From contig CAVVEU010000040.1 of NCBI GenBank assembly GCA_963747235.1, positions 480,001 through 544,000 of the forward strand: 64,000 nt of DNA, written 5' to 3'. Under the pieces are notes generated by a model, which saw nothing but the letters and a program-made list of their open reading frames with translations, was not told the DNA's origin and did no database searches. A program made the position numbers and the translations under genes. This document shows, piece after piece, positions 10,514-20,942 of this stretch (the first letter of the stretch is position 1; each line of letters opens with the position of its first letter). Source of the stretch: an uncultured Candidatus Rokubacteria bacterium (lineage in GTDB: Bacteria; Methylomirabilota; Methylomirabilia; Rokubacteriales; CSP1-6).

Positions 10514-12028
10514 CTAGTCGCGAGGGCGGCGCACTCGCGCAGATGGGCCTGTTTCGCGCCCTCGCCCGGCGGGCGTCGCGTTGGCTTCCTGGCAGAGCCG
10601 CTTCCAGTCCGTGGCGTTCAGCGAGCAGTCGATCGTCGCGGTGTTCGCCTCCGCGACCCGGCCCGTCTTGCGGAGCAGCCGGATCTTGTGGGGCATCCAG
10701 CGCGGGGCGCCGCCGAAGGCCTTCGAGGCCTGGTCGGTCCACTCGAGCGCGGCGGGCAGGTTGCCGGCGCCCTCGTGGGCCACGATCAGGTCCTCGTACA
10801 CGTTGGGCACCGGCTCGCTCGAGGTGACCGCGCGCCGGAGCGCCTCGATGCCCTCGCGCGAGCGGCCGAGCGCGAAGGCCGCGCGGGCGAGCACCCAGTT
10901 CGGGTACGCGTCGGTGGCGGTGCGCCCGGTGATCGCGGTCCGCGCGGTGGCATAGGCCTCCTGGTTCTTGCCCTGGTCGAGCTGCTTCTTGGCCAGGAAC
11001 GCCTGCTTGTAGTTGCGCAGCACCAGGGCCACCTCGGGCCGGGCCCGCAGCGCCTTCCACGATGCGCTCGCGGGCTCCACCAGCGCGCGGGTGCCGTAGT
11101 GCCGCTCGAAGTACTCCGCGGCGTCGGTGATCCGCTCCTCGGTCTTGGGGTGGCTCACCGACACCGAGCTGAGCATCTTCTGGTACGCCATCCCCATCGC
11201 TTCGTTGACGTTCCGCTGCGAGGTCTGGCTCATGCGGTTCCAGAACGCCTCGTCGGTCTCCGCGGTGGCCTTCTCCCACGCCTGGAGCTTCTCGAGCATG
11301 GTCACCAGCGCGGGCGCCGACTGGCGGGTCTCCGCGAGCAGGTCCAGGCCGAGGAGATCCGCCTCCTTCTCCTGGCCGCGGCCCCACGCGGGCAGCACGA
11401 GCTTGTCGGTGGCGTCGGTGGCGAGCTGCACCTGCTGGATGGTCCGGGCGTCGCTCTTGGCCACCGTGCTCCGGCCGCTGAGCGCCGCCTTGGCGCCCAC
11501 GCCCATCTCGAAGAGGGCCTGCCCCTTCTTCTGCATGTCGCCGAGCACGTCGGAGGTGTGATGCTTGAGCAGCACGTGCGCGGTCTCGTGGGCGAGGATC
11601 GCCGACACCTCGTCCGCGTTCTCGAGCGTCTCGATCAGCCCCATCGCCAGGTACACGTTGCCGTCGGGGGTCGAGAACGCGACGAAGCCGGGATTGGCGA
11701 GGATCATCACCTTGCCCGGCACCCCGGTCTTGCCGACCGCCGCGATGAGGCGCGCCCGCGCCTCGTTCAGGTACTGCTCGAGGACCGCCGATCGCACGAA
11801 CCCGAGGCCGTCGCCCCGGTGCTGGGCGATGTCCTTCGCCTCGCCGATGGCCAGCGTGGACGGCTCGTAGGGACCGGGCTTGACGGTGGAGAACACGGTC
11901 ACGTTGGCGGGCTTGCCGCCCAGCCAGGTCGGCGCGGAGACACCGCTCCCCTGGCCGCCGCCCGCGCTCGTCCCCGCGCAGCCGGAGAGGACGAGCAGCG
12001 CCAGGCTCGCCGCGAGGCGACCGATCAC
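10514..12028 (-). CDS. M48 family metallopeptidase lipoprotein with C-terminal TPR-like region
   Basis: GTG start at 12028; lipobox LSGC; HETAH (HExxH), EKEADLLG, SHP motifs; helical TPR-like C-terminus. Confidence 0.88.
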   Translation of the reverse strand: MIGRLAASLALLVLSGCAGTSAGGGQGSGVSAPTWLGGKPANVTVFSTVKPGPYEPSTLAIGEAKDIAQHRGDGLGFVRSAVLEQYLNEARARLIAAVGKTGVPGKVMILANPGFVAFSTPDGNVYLAMGLIETLENADEVSAILAHETAHVLLKHHTSDVLGDMQKKGQALFEMGVGAKAALSGRSTVAKSDARTIQQVQLATDATDKLVLPAWGRGQEKEADLLGLDLLAETRQSAPALVTMLEKLQAWEKATAETDEAFWNRMSQTSQRNVNEAMGMAYQKMLSSVSVSHPKTEERITDAAEYFERHYGTRALVEPASASWKALRARPEVALVLRNYKQAFLAKKQLDQGKNQEAYATARTAITGRTATDAYPNWVLARAAFALGRSREGIEALRRAVTSSEPVPNVYEDLIVAHEGAGNLPAALEWTDQASKAFGGAPRWMPHKIRLLRKTGRVAEANTATIDCSLNATDWKRLCQEANATPAGRGRETGPSARVRRPRD

Positions 12029-12426
12029 TTGCACTCTCCGACCCCGCGGGTGGCCCCGGTCTTCGGGAGCTTGCCCGCCACCATGGCCCCGCACTCCCGG
12101 TCCCGGTCGATCACCACCGGCTTCTCGGTCTCGACCGCGAAGGCGCGGACGCAGTACTCCACGCGATCCACCTGCACCTTGAGGTAGAGCGGCGAGGCCG
12201 GATCGCGCGTGGCCATCCACGGGCCCTTGAAGTCCTTGCGGGCCACGTCCATCTGCGGCTTGCGCTTGTCCCGGTCCGGGTTGCAGTCGTAGAGCGTCAC
12301 CTTCTCGGTGCGCAGCCCCTTGACCGTCCAGGTCTCCTCGGCGGCCGCGGCGGGCCCGGCGCTCGTGCCCCCCAGGAGCAGCGCGATTCCGAGCGCCTCA
12401 CGCCACCGCATGCGTCGTCTCCCCAT
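12025..12426 (-). CDS. Small secreted hypothetical protein with four Cys and C-terminal GATRGVGECK
   Basis: Signal peptide; overlaps both neighbours; GGAG RBS upstream. Confidence 0.75.
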   Translation of the reverse strand: MGRRRMRWREALGIALLLGGTSAGPAAAAEETWTVKGLRTEKVTLYDCNPDRDKRKPQMDVARKDFKGPWMATRDPASPLYLKVQVDRVEYCVRAFAVETEKPVVIDRDRECGAMVAGKLPKTGATRGVGECK

Positions 12427-14191
12427 GAGTCGTCTCCTCGTGATCCCCTCGCACGCAGAGCGTGAAGAGCCAGTCCACCGCGGCGAGCACCCCCGGCCCG
12501 ACGCCCCACTCCTCGGGCCGCGGGTGGGCCCGGCGGAGCGCGAAGTACTTCCCGGCCGCCTCGTCGGCGTGCCGCATGAGATGCCGCGCGATCTCGAAGA
12601 AGGCCACGTACGCCACGATGTTGCGCGGACCCAGGTTGATCGGCGGCAGGAAGCTCACCACCGCCGCGCCCACGAAGAGCACCGAGGTCGCCACGAAGAG
12701 CACGTCGCGCGCGACCAGCGCCTTGTAGATGAAGTAGCCGGGCAGCACCACGAGCAGCAGGCCCGCCTCGACCCCGTACCGCGTGTCGACGAGCAGGAAG
12801 AGCACGGCGGCCACCGCCAGGATGCCGACGCCGAGGAACGAGACCCGCAGGAACTGTCTAGCTGAGACCGGCTGGGGCGGGCGGGTGGCGGCCAGGTGCA
12901 GGACCGCGACCACCCCCAGCAGCAGCGGGACCAGGAGCAGCACCGCCGACAGGCTCGTCGGGAAGGCGAACGTGATCCCGATCAGCAGCAGGGCCACCCC
13001 GAGCGCGAGCCACTTGATCGCGGGACGCACCGCGGCGAGCTGTTCGAGCAGGGCCCGGGCGAACGCGGGGGGCTTGTCCACCAGCAGCAGCAGCACGACC
13101 GTGAAGAGGAGGAGCAGGCCGTTGACCACGCTCGAGAGCGAGAGCCCGTGGTGATCGGCGCGCTTGTAGGCGGCCTTGAAGGTCACCAGGTTGTCGTAGG
13201 CCATCGCGTGGAGGTAGACGCCCGGAAGATCGTCGTAGACCGGCGAGATCACCCGGTCGCCCACCATCTGGAAGTTGCCCCCGTAGAAGATCGCCTTCTT
13301 CCCGACGGCCTTCTCCACCCCGGTGTTGTGGGGCCCGAGGAGGTGGAGCACCGAGATCGTGTTCGTGTGCGGGCACGTCCGCTTGGCCGCGAGCGGGTTC
13401 TCCCGGAGGATGTTGACGAGGTGGCGCAGCGCCCCCTCGCTGGAGCAGTGCATCCAGCTCTCGTTCAGGTCCGAGGCGAGATTGCCCCAGATGATCTCCA
13501 TCGGCTGGGCGTCCTTCGGCGAGAGCCGCGGCTTGGACTCGGCGCGGGCGTACACGTCGTACATCGCGAAGGCGGGGGTCCACGTGAACCCGGAGGTCCC
13601 CCCGCCGTGCGCGTAGGTGAGCACGCCGCTCACCCCACGCTCGGCGTCCATCTGCGCGTTCACCGCCTCCGCGCACTCGAGCAGCGCCGGGTTGACCCGG
13701 ACGCCCTCGTCGCGGCCTCCGCTCGGGGCGGGCGCGGCCAGGTAGACCGGCACCTTCCCGCGCGCGTTCAGATCGCAGATCGCGCGCGTGAGCAGCGCCT
13801 GATCCTCGGGGCTGCGCGCGTCGATGAAGGCGAAGTCCACGAACACCGCGCGCGGCCCGTAGCTGGCCAGCGCCTCGAGCACCTCGGCGTGGCGCGCGTA
13901 GGAAACGGGGAAGGACTCGCCGAGCTCGGCGAGGTTCTCCTCCCGGAACAGGACCACGGTGGTGTCGCGCTGCCCGGTGGCCGGGTACGCGTACTTCACG
14001 ACGCCGTTGACGATGGCCTGCGACCACGGCGTCAGGTGGAGCGAGATGCCGTGGAACATGAAGAGCATGGCGCCGACCGCGGAAAGGAAGAGGAACTGGG
14101 CGATGGCGCGCGCCGCCGGGCCCGGCCGCCGGACGCGGACGGCAGCGGACTCGATGACCGCCGATCCGTCTCCTACGAGGGGCTGACTCAC
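12398..14191 (-). CDS. CHASE2-domain multi-pass membrane protein without cytoplasmic output domain
   Basis: FPVSYARHAEVLEAL, PRAVFVDFAF, GKKAIFYG, DRVISPVYDDLPGVYLHAMAYDNL CHASE2 motifs, then multiple hydrophobic segments. Confidence 0.82.
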   Translation of the reverse strand: MSQPLVGDGSAVIESAAVRVRRPGPAARAIAQFLFLSAVGAMLFMFHGISLHLTPWSQAIVNGVVKYAYPATGQRDTTVVLFREENLAELGESFPVSYARHAEVLEALASYGPRAVFVDFAFIDARSPEDQALLTRAICDLNARGKVPVYLAAPAPSGGRDEGVRVNPALLECAEAVNAQMDAERGVSGVLTYAHGGGTSGFTWTPAFAMYDVYARAESKPRLSPKDAQPMEIIWGNLASDLNESWMHCSSEGALRHLVNILRENPLAAKRTCPHTNTISVLHLLGPHNTGVEKAVGKKAIFYGGNFQMVGDRVISPVYDDLPGVYLHAMAYDNLVTFKAAYKRADHHGLSLSSVVNGLLLLFTVVLLLLVDKPPAFARALLEQLAAVRPAIKWLALGVALLLIGITFAFPTSLSAVLLLVPLLLGVVAVLHLAATRPPQPVSARQFLRVSFLGVGILAVAAVLFLLVDTRYGVEAGLLLVVLPGYFIYKALVARDVLFVATSVLFVGAAVVSFLPPINLGPRNIVAYVAFFEIARHLMRHADEAAGKYFALRRAHPRPEEWGVGPGVLAAVDWLFTLCVRGDHEETTHGETTHAVA

Positions 14192-14327
14192 GCGACCTCC
14201 TACCGAAAGAGTTTCAACAGTCTAGACGGAAATCGGCCGCCGTCAAGTGAGCCGCGCCCCTTGCGACGCTCCCGGCCATGTGCTAGACGAGAGGGCCACC
14301 GACCCACCGATCCCCCGTGCCGGGAGA

Positions 14328-15290
14328 ATGAGCATGGACGTCACTGTCACCCCCCACCGCCGCACCGCCGTCGTGCTGCTGGCCGTCACGCTGCTGGCCG
14401 GCTGCGTGTCCCAGGACTACTACCGCGCCACCGGCCAGAGCGCCGCCGCCGGCGCCATGCAGGGCGTGCGGGAGGGGATTGCCGGCATCCAGGAGCCGCT
14501 CCGGCAGACTTTGCATGGGGCCCTCGTCGATGACCCGATGCTGAAGGACGCCGCCCGCGACATGACCCGGTCCGCGATGGAGGTCCTCGAGGCGCGCCTC
14601 GGCTCGCCCGAGATGCGCCGACAGGTGGACGCGCTCGTGGCCCAGGCGATGGCAAGCCTCCAGCGCGACAGCGACAAGACGGTCCGGGAGCTCGTCACGG
14701 CGGCGGGGGGCACGCTGGAGGCGGAGCTCCGCCGCGTGGCCACCGCCAGCATCCTGGCCGCGACCACCACCCTGCGTGACTCGCTCGAGCGGGACGTGAC
14801 CCCGGCCGCGCAGCGGCTGGCCAGCCGCATGGGGGAGGAGCTCGTGATCTCGGTGGTCAAGGGCCTGGAGGGCCCGCTCCAGAAGACCATGCTGCAGGCC
14901 GGGCGCAACATGTCGCAGGCCCTGATCAAGGGCGCGGCGGAGGGCGCCGAGGATCCGATCAACCAGGCCGGGTTCGGCGGGCTCACCAACCACGTGATGC
15001 TGCAGGCGGTGCGCGGGGCGCGGCAGGGCATGACCGAGGGCCTGCCCGACCAGGCGCAGATCGCGCTCATCTCCGGCATGGTCCTGCTCGGCGCGCTGGT
15101 GCTGGCGACCAGCGGCGGCCTCGGCTTCTTCTGGTGGCGCTACCAGCAGAGCGCCAAGACCCTGACCATCGTGGCCAAGAGCATCAACAATCATCAGTCG
15201 GGCGCGCTCAAGGACACGATCAAGAAGAGCACCCACGACAACTACGTCGGCCCCTGGTTCAGCAGCTTCCTGAAGCGCCGCGGCCTCTGA
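14328..15290 (+). CDS. Hypothetical lipoprotein with long helical region and C-terminal TM helix
   Basis: LLAGC lipobox; Ala/Leu-rich helical body; TM IALISGMVLLGALVLATSGGLGFFWW. Confidence 0.72.
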   Translation: MSMDVTVTPHRRTAVVLLAVTLLAGCVSQDYYRATGQSAAAGAMQGVREGIAGIQEPLRQTLHGALVDDPMLKDAARDMTRSAMEVLEARLGSPEMRRQVDALVAQAMASLQRDSDKTVRELVTAAGGTLEAELRRVATASILAATTTLRDSLERDVTPAAQRLASRMGEELVISVVKGLEGPLQKTMLQAGRNMSQALIKGAAEGAEDPINQAGFGGLTNHVMLQAVRGARQGMTEGLPDQAQIALISGMVLLGALVLATSGGLGFFWWRYQQSAKTLTIVAKSINNHQSGALKDTIKKSTHDNYVGPWFSSFLKRRGL

Positions 15291-15294
15291 TCCG

Positions 15295-16566
15295 GTGAGG
15301 CTCCCTCGCGTCGTCGCCGGCGCCCTCGCCGTCGCGATGCTGCTGTCCGTCCCGGCCCACGCCGGGCTCGCCGAGGACCTCGCGCGGTGCCAGAACACGG
15401 TGTGGCCGCGCTTCGCCGGCTGGTCGCTCTCGCGCCAGCAGGGGCCGGACAGCCCGCGGACGCCGGACGACTTCTACTGCCTGGCCCTCGGCCACTGGTC
15501 CGGCCAGGGCCCGTTCCAGGGCAAGGATCCGGTGAAGGCCGCCGGGTACGCGCGGACCGCGGCCGAGCAGAACCATCCGGGCGCGCAGGGCCTGCTGGGC
15601 TTCTTTCTGAGCAAGGGCATCGGCGTGAAGGCCGACCCGGCCGCCGCGGTCGACTGGTGGCGCAAGGGCGCGGCGCAGGGGCACGCGGACAGCCTCAACG
15701 CGCTCGCCGCCGCGTACGAGAGCGGCGAGGGCGTGGCCGCCGACCGGCAGGAGGCGGTGCGCCTCTATCGCCAGGCCGCGGAGCGCGGGAGCAAGGAGGC
15801 GCAGCAGCGGCTGGCCGCGCTGGGGCCGGCGAAGGCAGCGGCGGCCGGCCAGGCCGAGTTCGACGAGGGCACGCGTCTGTACAAGGCGGGCCAGCACGCC
15901 GCCGCGGCGAAGCAGTTCCTGCGCGCGGCCGAGCTCGGCCACGCGCGCGCGCAGCTCCAGATCGGCTACCAGTACAACTACGGCGAGGGCGTGCCGGTCA
16001 ACGCGAGCGAGGCGGTGAAATGGTACACGCGCGCGGCCGGCCAGGGCGACGCGACCGCGCAGTCCAACCTCGGCAGCATGTACGAGCACGGCGGAGGCGT
16101 GCGCGAGGACTGGGTCGAGGCCGCGCGCTGGTACGCCAGGAGCGCCGCCCAGGACCACGCGGCGGGCCAGTTCAGCCTGGGCCGCGCCTACCAGTTCGGC
16201 ATCGGCGTGCCGCAGAACCGCAAGCTCGCCATCGAGTGGTTCCAGAAGGCCTCGTTCCAGGGGCACGCGCAGGCGCGCTTCTTCGCGCAGCATCTCCTGA
16301 GCCGGGGGAACTTCATCGGCTTCCGCGACGAGCAGGAGGAGGCGCACGTGATCGCGGGGAAGCTGCGCACCGGGCTGCTGTGGGAGGAACCGGTCGGCAT
16401 GCTCTTCCACCACTCGGGCGAGCGGCTCGCCTACATCAAGAACCTGCGCTACCGCGTGGACCGCTACGAGGCCTACACGGCGTGGGTGCTGCGGCGGAAC
16501 GACTACGACGACTGCCAGCGCAGCAGCCGGTCGGGCTGCCGCGATCCGGGGCCGGCCCCGCCGTAG
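15295..16566 (+). CDS. Secreted Sel1-repeat (TPR-like) protein
   Basis: Repeated AQxxLGxxYxxGxGVxxDxxxAxxWYxxAA units; signal peptide. Confidence 0.9.
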   Translation: MRLPRVVAGALAVAMLLSVPAHAGLAEDLARCQNTVWPRFAGWSLSRQQGPDSPRTPDDFYCLALGHWSGQGPFQGKDPVKAAGYARTAAEQNHPGAQGLLGFFLSKGIGVKADPAAAVDWWRKGAAQGHADSLNALAAAYESGEGVAADRQEAVRLYRQAAERGSKEAQQRLAALGPAKAAAAGQAEFDEGTRLYKAGQHAAAAKQFLRAAELGHARAQLQIGYQYNYGEGVPVNASEAVKWYTRAAGQGDATAQSNLGSMYEHGGGVREDWVEAARWYARSAAQDHAAGQFSLGRAYQFGIGVPQNRKLAIEWFQKASFQGHAQARFFAQHLLSRGNFIGFRDEQEEAHVIAGKLRTGLLWEEPVGMLFHHSGERLAYIKNLRYRVDRYEAYTAWVLRRNDYDDCQRSSRSGCRDPGPAPP

Positions 16567-16570
16567 CGCG

Positions 16571-18743
16571 TCAGCCGGCCAGGAGCGCGTCCACCGCCCG
16601 CGGGTCCACCGGCTTGGCGAGGTGGACGTCGAAGCCGGCGTCACGCGTCTTCTGGCGATCCGCGTCGGTCCCGTAGCCGGTGAGCGCCACCAGCCGCGGC
16701 GAGCCCAGCTCGTCCATCATCCGCACCCGGCGCGCCACGTCGTAGCCGCTCATCCCGGGCAGCCCCAGGTCGAGGAACACCACGTCGGGGCGATAGCGCT
16801 CGATCTCGTCGAGCGCGCTCGGCCCGTCGTGCGCGGTGCGCACCTCGTGGCCGCGCAGGCGGAGGAAGAGGGCCAGCGAGTCGGTGGAGTCCTGGTGGTC
16901 GTCCACGACCAGGATGCGACGGGCCGGGCCCGCCGGGCCGTTCGCCGCCGCCGGCTCCGCCACCACCGCAGGCTCGGTGGCCTCCGCGGCCACGCGTGGC
17001 AGGCGAATCGTGAAGGCGCTGCCGAGCCCCGGCCCGGCGCTCGCCGCCTCCACGCGCCCCCCGTGCATCTCCACCAGCCGGCGCACGAGGGTCAGGCCGA
17101 GGCCGAGCCCGCCCTGCTTGCGCTCGAGCGAGCGGTCGGCCTGGATGAAGAGATCGAAGACGTGCGGCAGGAGCTCGGGATCGATGCCCACGCCCGCTGT
17201 CCTCGACCACGATCACGACCTCGTCCGCCTCGCTCCGCGCCCGGAGCCGGACCCGTCCGCCGTCGTCCGTGTACTTGATCGCGTTGTCCAGGAGGTTGCC
17301 GACCGCCTGGGCCAGCCGCGCCGGATCGCCGTCCACCCAGCCCGCGTCCTCGGGCACGTCCACCTCGAGCGCCTGCCCCCGGCTCTCCGCGGGCGGGCGC
17401 GCCGCCTCCACCGCCTGGGCCAGGACCTCGCGCACCGACACCGTCGCGCGCTGCAGCGTGATCTTGCCCGACGTGATGCGGGAGACGTCGAGCAGATCGT
17501 CCACGAGCCGGGTCATGAGCCCGACCTGCCGCTCGATGACGCCCGAGACCCAGCGCACCCGGTCGTCGCCCGTGCCGAGCAGGGCCAGCGTGTGGGCCGC
17601 GTTGCGGATGGGCGCGAGCGGGTTCCGCAGCTCGTGGGCCAGCATGGCGAGGAACTCGTCCTTGCGCCGGTCGGCGTCCTCCAGCGCGCGCTCCGTGCCC
17701 CGCCGCTCGGTGATGTCGCGGAAGACCAGCACCACGCCCACGATGCGGCCGCGGGTGTCGCGGATCGGCGCGCCGCTGTCGTCGATGGGCAGCTCGCGGC
17801 TGCCGTCCTTGGCGATCAGCACGGTGTGGTTGGCGAGGCCCACGATCGTGCCGAGGCGGATCACCTGCCTCACCGGGTTCTCCACCGTCTCGCGCGTCGC
17901 CTCGTTGACGATGCGGAACACCGTGTCCAGGGGCTGGCCCAGCGCCTCGCCGCCCCAGCCGGTGAGGGCCTGCGCCACCGGGTTCAGCAGGGTGATCCGC
18001 CCCTGCGCGTCGGTCACCACGACCGCGTCGCCGATGCTGGTGAGCGTGGTGCGGAAGCGCTCGCGCTCGGCGTGCAGCACGTCGGCGGCCCGCTGCCGGG
18101 CGGCCAGGTTGCGCGCGACGAGCGCGATGACCATCGTGACCAGCACGAGCCCCAGCCCGAGCCCGACGATCGTGGTCGCGAGCGCGGTGCGGGTATTGGC
18201 GCGCGAGGCCGCGTCCCGCCGGGCGAGCAGCGCGCGCTCGAGCTGCTGCATGCCGTAGATCTCGTCGCGGATCAGGTCCATCAGGCGCTTGCCCTCGCCC
18301 TGGAGCAGGTACTGCCGGGACAGCGTGAGGGCCCGGGTCTTGTCGGGCTCGGCCTGGAAGCGGTCGATCCCCCGCCGGAGCACCGCCAGCCGCTCGGCGG
18401 TGAGCTGCTCGAGCTTGAGCGCGTGCGCGGTCTGCGGGGGGTTGTCGATGGTGAGGTCGCGAAGCCGGTCGAGCTGCCCCCGGATTCGCGCCACCGCCTG
18501 CTCGTACGGGTCGAGGTAGGGGCGTTCTCCGGTCAGGAGATAGCCGCGCTGGCCGGTCTCGGCGTCCTTGAGGGTGGAGACCACCTGCTCGAGCTGGCCC
18601 AGCACCTCGTGGGTGTGGGACACCCACTGCACGCTGGTGGCGACCTCGCGGATATTGTGCAGCGTGAGGACCGCGTCCGTCAGGAGCGCGGCGACCAGCA
18701 GGACGATCGCGACGGTCTGGCCGCGCGTCAGGCTCCAGGGCAT
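16571..18743 (-). CDS. Hybrid sensor histidine kinase CHASE3-PAS-HisKA-HATPase-REC (frameshift ~17195)
   Basis: DAETGQRGYLLTG (CHASE3), PAS, LAHELRNPL, NLLDNAIKYT, GGLGLGL, receiver LDLGLPGMSGY. Confidence 0.9.
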
Positions 18744-18765
18744 GCGAGGCGTCCCCGCGAGCGCG

Positions 18766-19780
18766 TCAGCGGCCGCCCGCGAGGGCGGGCGCCACCTCGG
18801 CCAGGAACCGCTTGAGCTGGCCGCGCTGGTCCCAGGACGTGAGCCGGAGCGCGATGTGGCCGAGGCCCGCCTCCGCGTAGTCGCGCAGCTCGGCGATGCA
18901 CTGGGCCGGGCTCCCCGCCACCGTCCAGCCCTCGACGAAGGCGGGCGAGAACTTGGACGTGTAGTAGGTGTCGAGGAACGCCTTGCTCTCCTCGAGCGCC
19001 CGCCGCGCGGTCCTCGTTGATGTTGATGTTGTGGTAGAGCGCGCTGCCGAGGGCGTCGGGGTTGCGGCCTTCCTCCCGCGCCATCTTCGCGATCCGCGCC
19101 CACTGCTCGCGGAACTGGGCCGGGCTCACCTTGTTGGTCATCCAGCCGTCGGCGTAGCGGGCCACGCGGCGGAGACCGCGCTCCACCGCCGCGTCGGAGG
19201 CGCTGGCCCCGCCCTTCCAGGTCAGGCCGGTCGGGTTGCTCGCGATCCAGATCGGGCACGGCTGCTGCGCCGGCCGGGGCTCGATCTTGACGCCCTCGAA
19301 CTGGTAGAACTCGCCCTGGTGCGAGACCTTCTCGCCGCTCCAGACCTTCCGGAGGATCTGGATGCCTTCCTCCAGGCGGCCCACGCGCTCGCTCGAGCGC
19401 ACGCCCATGACCTTGTGCTCGAGCGCCTGCGCGGCGCTCTGCTCGTCGGGCCCGCCCAGGCAGACCGCCAGCAACGCGCGACCGCCCGAGATCACGTCGA
19501 GGCTCGCCCACTGCTGCGCGAAGAGCAGCGGGTGACGGTGCACGAAGGTGGCGAGGCAGCCGACCGCGAGCTTGAGGCGCGAGGTGGCGCCGGCCAGGGC
19601 GGCGAGGAGGGCCACCGCCTCCAGGCGCGGCTTGGCCAGGAGGCTGTCGCCGACCCAGAGCGTGTCGAAGGCCCCCGACGTCTCGGCCTGCTGCGACAGC
19701 TCGATCAGATCGCGGGCCTGGATCGCGCCCAGCACCACCGCTCGATTCGCCAGGATCAGCCCGAAGGATGCGCGCGCCAT
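18766..19780 (-). CDS. LLM-class flavin-dependent oxidoreductase (frameshift ~19005)
   Basis: FDTLWVGDS, WASLDVISGGR, RVARYADGW; C-terminus continues in another frame. Confidence 0.87.
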
Positions 19781-19934
19781 GAGGTCCTCCCCCGCGCCAA
19801 TTTAGGGGTCGCGATGGGACACGTCAAGCGCGAGCCCGGGTGGGCGCGGGCCGCGAGATCACCGGGAACATTTCTACCCGATTGACCCGTGACCGGACTC
19901 CTCGGCTACGGTCTCCGGCGGAGACAGAGGATCG

Positions 19935-20854
19935 ATGAGCGCTCAGCCGGCCTTCTCCGTGGCTCTCAGCCTGACCTGGTTCGCGCTGTCGCTCGGCGCG
20001 GCGCTCACCCAGGCCGTGCAGTTCGCCGTCGTCAAGGGACGCGCGCGGGAGATCCCCCCGCTGGTGATCGTCGCGTGGACGCAGGCCGTGGCCTGCGCGG
20101 CGTGGGTGGTCTTCTTCGTGGTCTCGGGTCACGCGTTCGTGCCGCCCGGCGCCGCCTGGCCCGCCATCGCCGCCTCGTCGCTGCTCGTGATCGGGATGAG
20201 CGGCCTGCTCGCGCGGGCCAGCGCGCGGGGCGACATCTCGATCGTCGGGCCGATCCTGGCCCTGAGCCCGATTTTCACGATCCTGCCGGACGCGGTGCTC
20301 TCCGGCGGGTGGCCCAGCGCGCTCGGCTGGATCGGGCTGGGCCTGTCTCTCACCGGCACCGTCAGCCTGTCCGGCGGGCCCGGCGCGGTGGGCCTGCTCG
20401 GGCGCGTCCGCGTCCTCTTCGCGCGGCGCGATGCCCTCGACGCGCTCGGGGCCGCGTTCTTCCTGGGCTTCCTGGCCGCGGTGGACCGCTGGGCCGCGCT
20501 GGCCATCGGGCCGCCCAGCTATCTCGTGTCCTCGCACGGCACGACCGCGGTGGTCACGACGTTGATCGTGCTGCTGACCAACCCGCGCGGGCTGGCCGCG
20601 AGTTTCGTGCCGCGCAACCTGGTCACCCTGGTGAGCCACGGGCTCCTCGGCGTCACCGGCACCGGGATGCAGACGCACGCGCTCACGATGGCGCCCGCGG
20701 CCTACGTGAACGCGATCCGCCGCATGTCCGCGGTGCTGGCCGTCCTCCTCGGCCGCACGCTCTTCGGCGAGCCCGACCTCGCCCGCCGCCTCACCGCCGC
20801 CCTCCTCGCCTGCCTCGGCGCCGCCTGCCTCCTCCTCGCGTCGGGGCGAAGTAA
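19935..20854 (+). CDS. EamA/DMT family transporter (3' end probably frameshifted; likely stop TAA at 20852-20854)
   Basis: About 10 hydrophobic segments; GDISIVGPILALSP, AAYVNAIRR. Confidence 0.8.
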
Positions 20855-20856
20855 TC

Positions 20857-20939
20857 GGGGTCAGGTCTTGCATTCCGACATTTCGGCCGCGCCCGAGGCA
20901 CTCGTGGCCGCGAAATGTCGGAATTCAAGACCTGACCCC
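20857..20939. repeat. 83-bp palindromic REP/MITE-like element between convergent genes
   Basis: GGGGTCAGGTCTTGCATTCCGACATTTCG ... CGAAATGTCGGAATTCAAGACCTGACCCC; 29-bp arms with one mismatch. Confidence 0.85.
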
Positions 20940-20942
20940 AAG

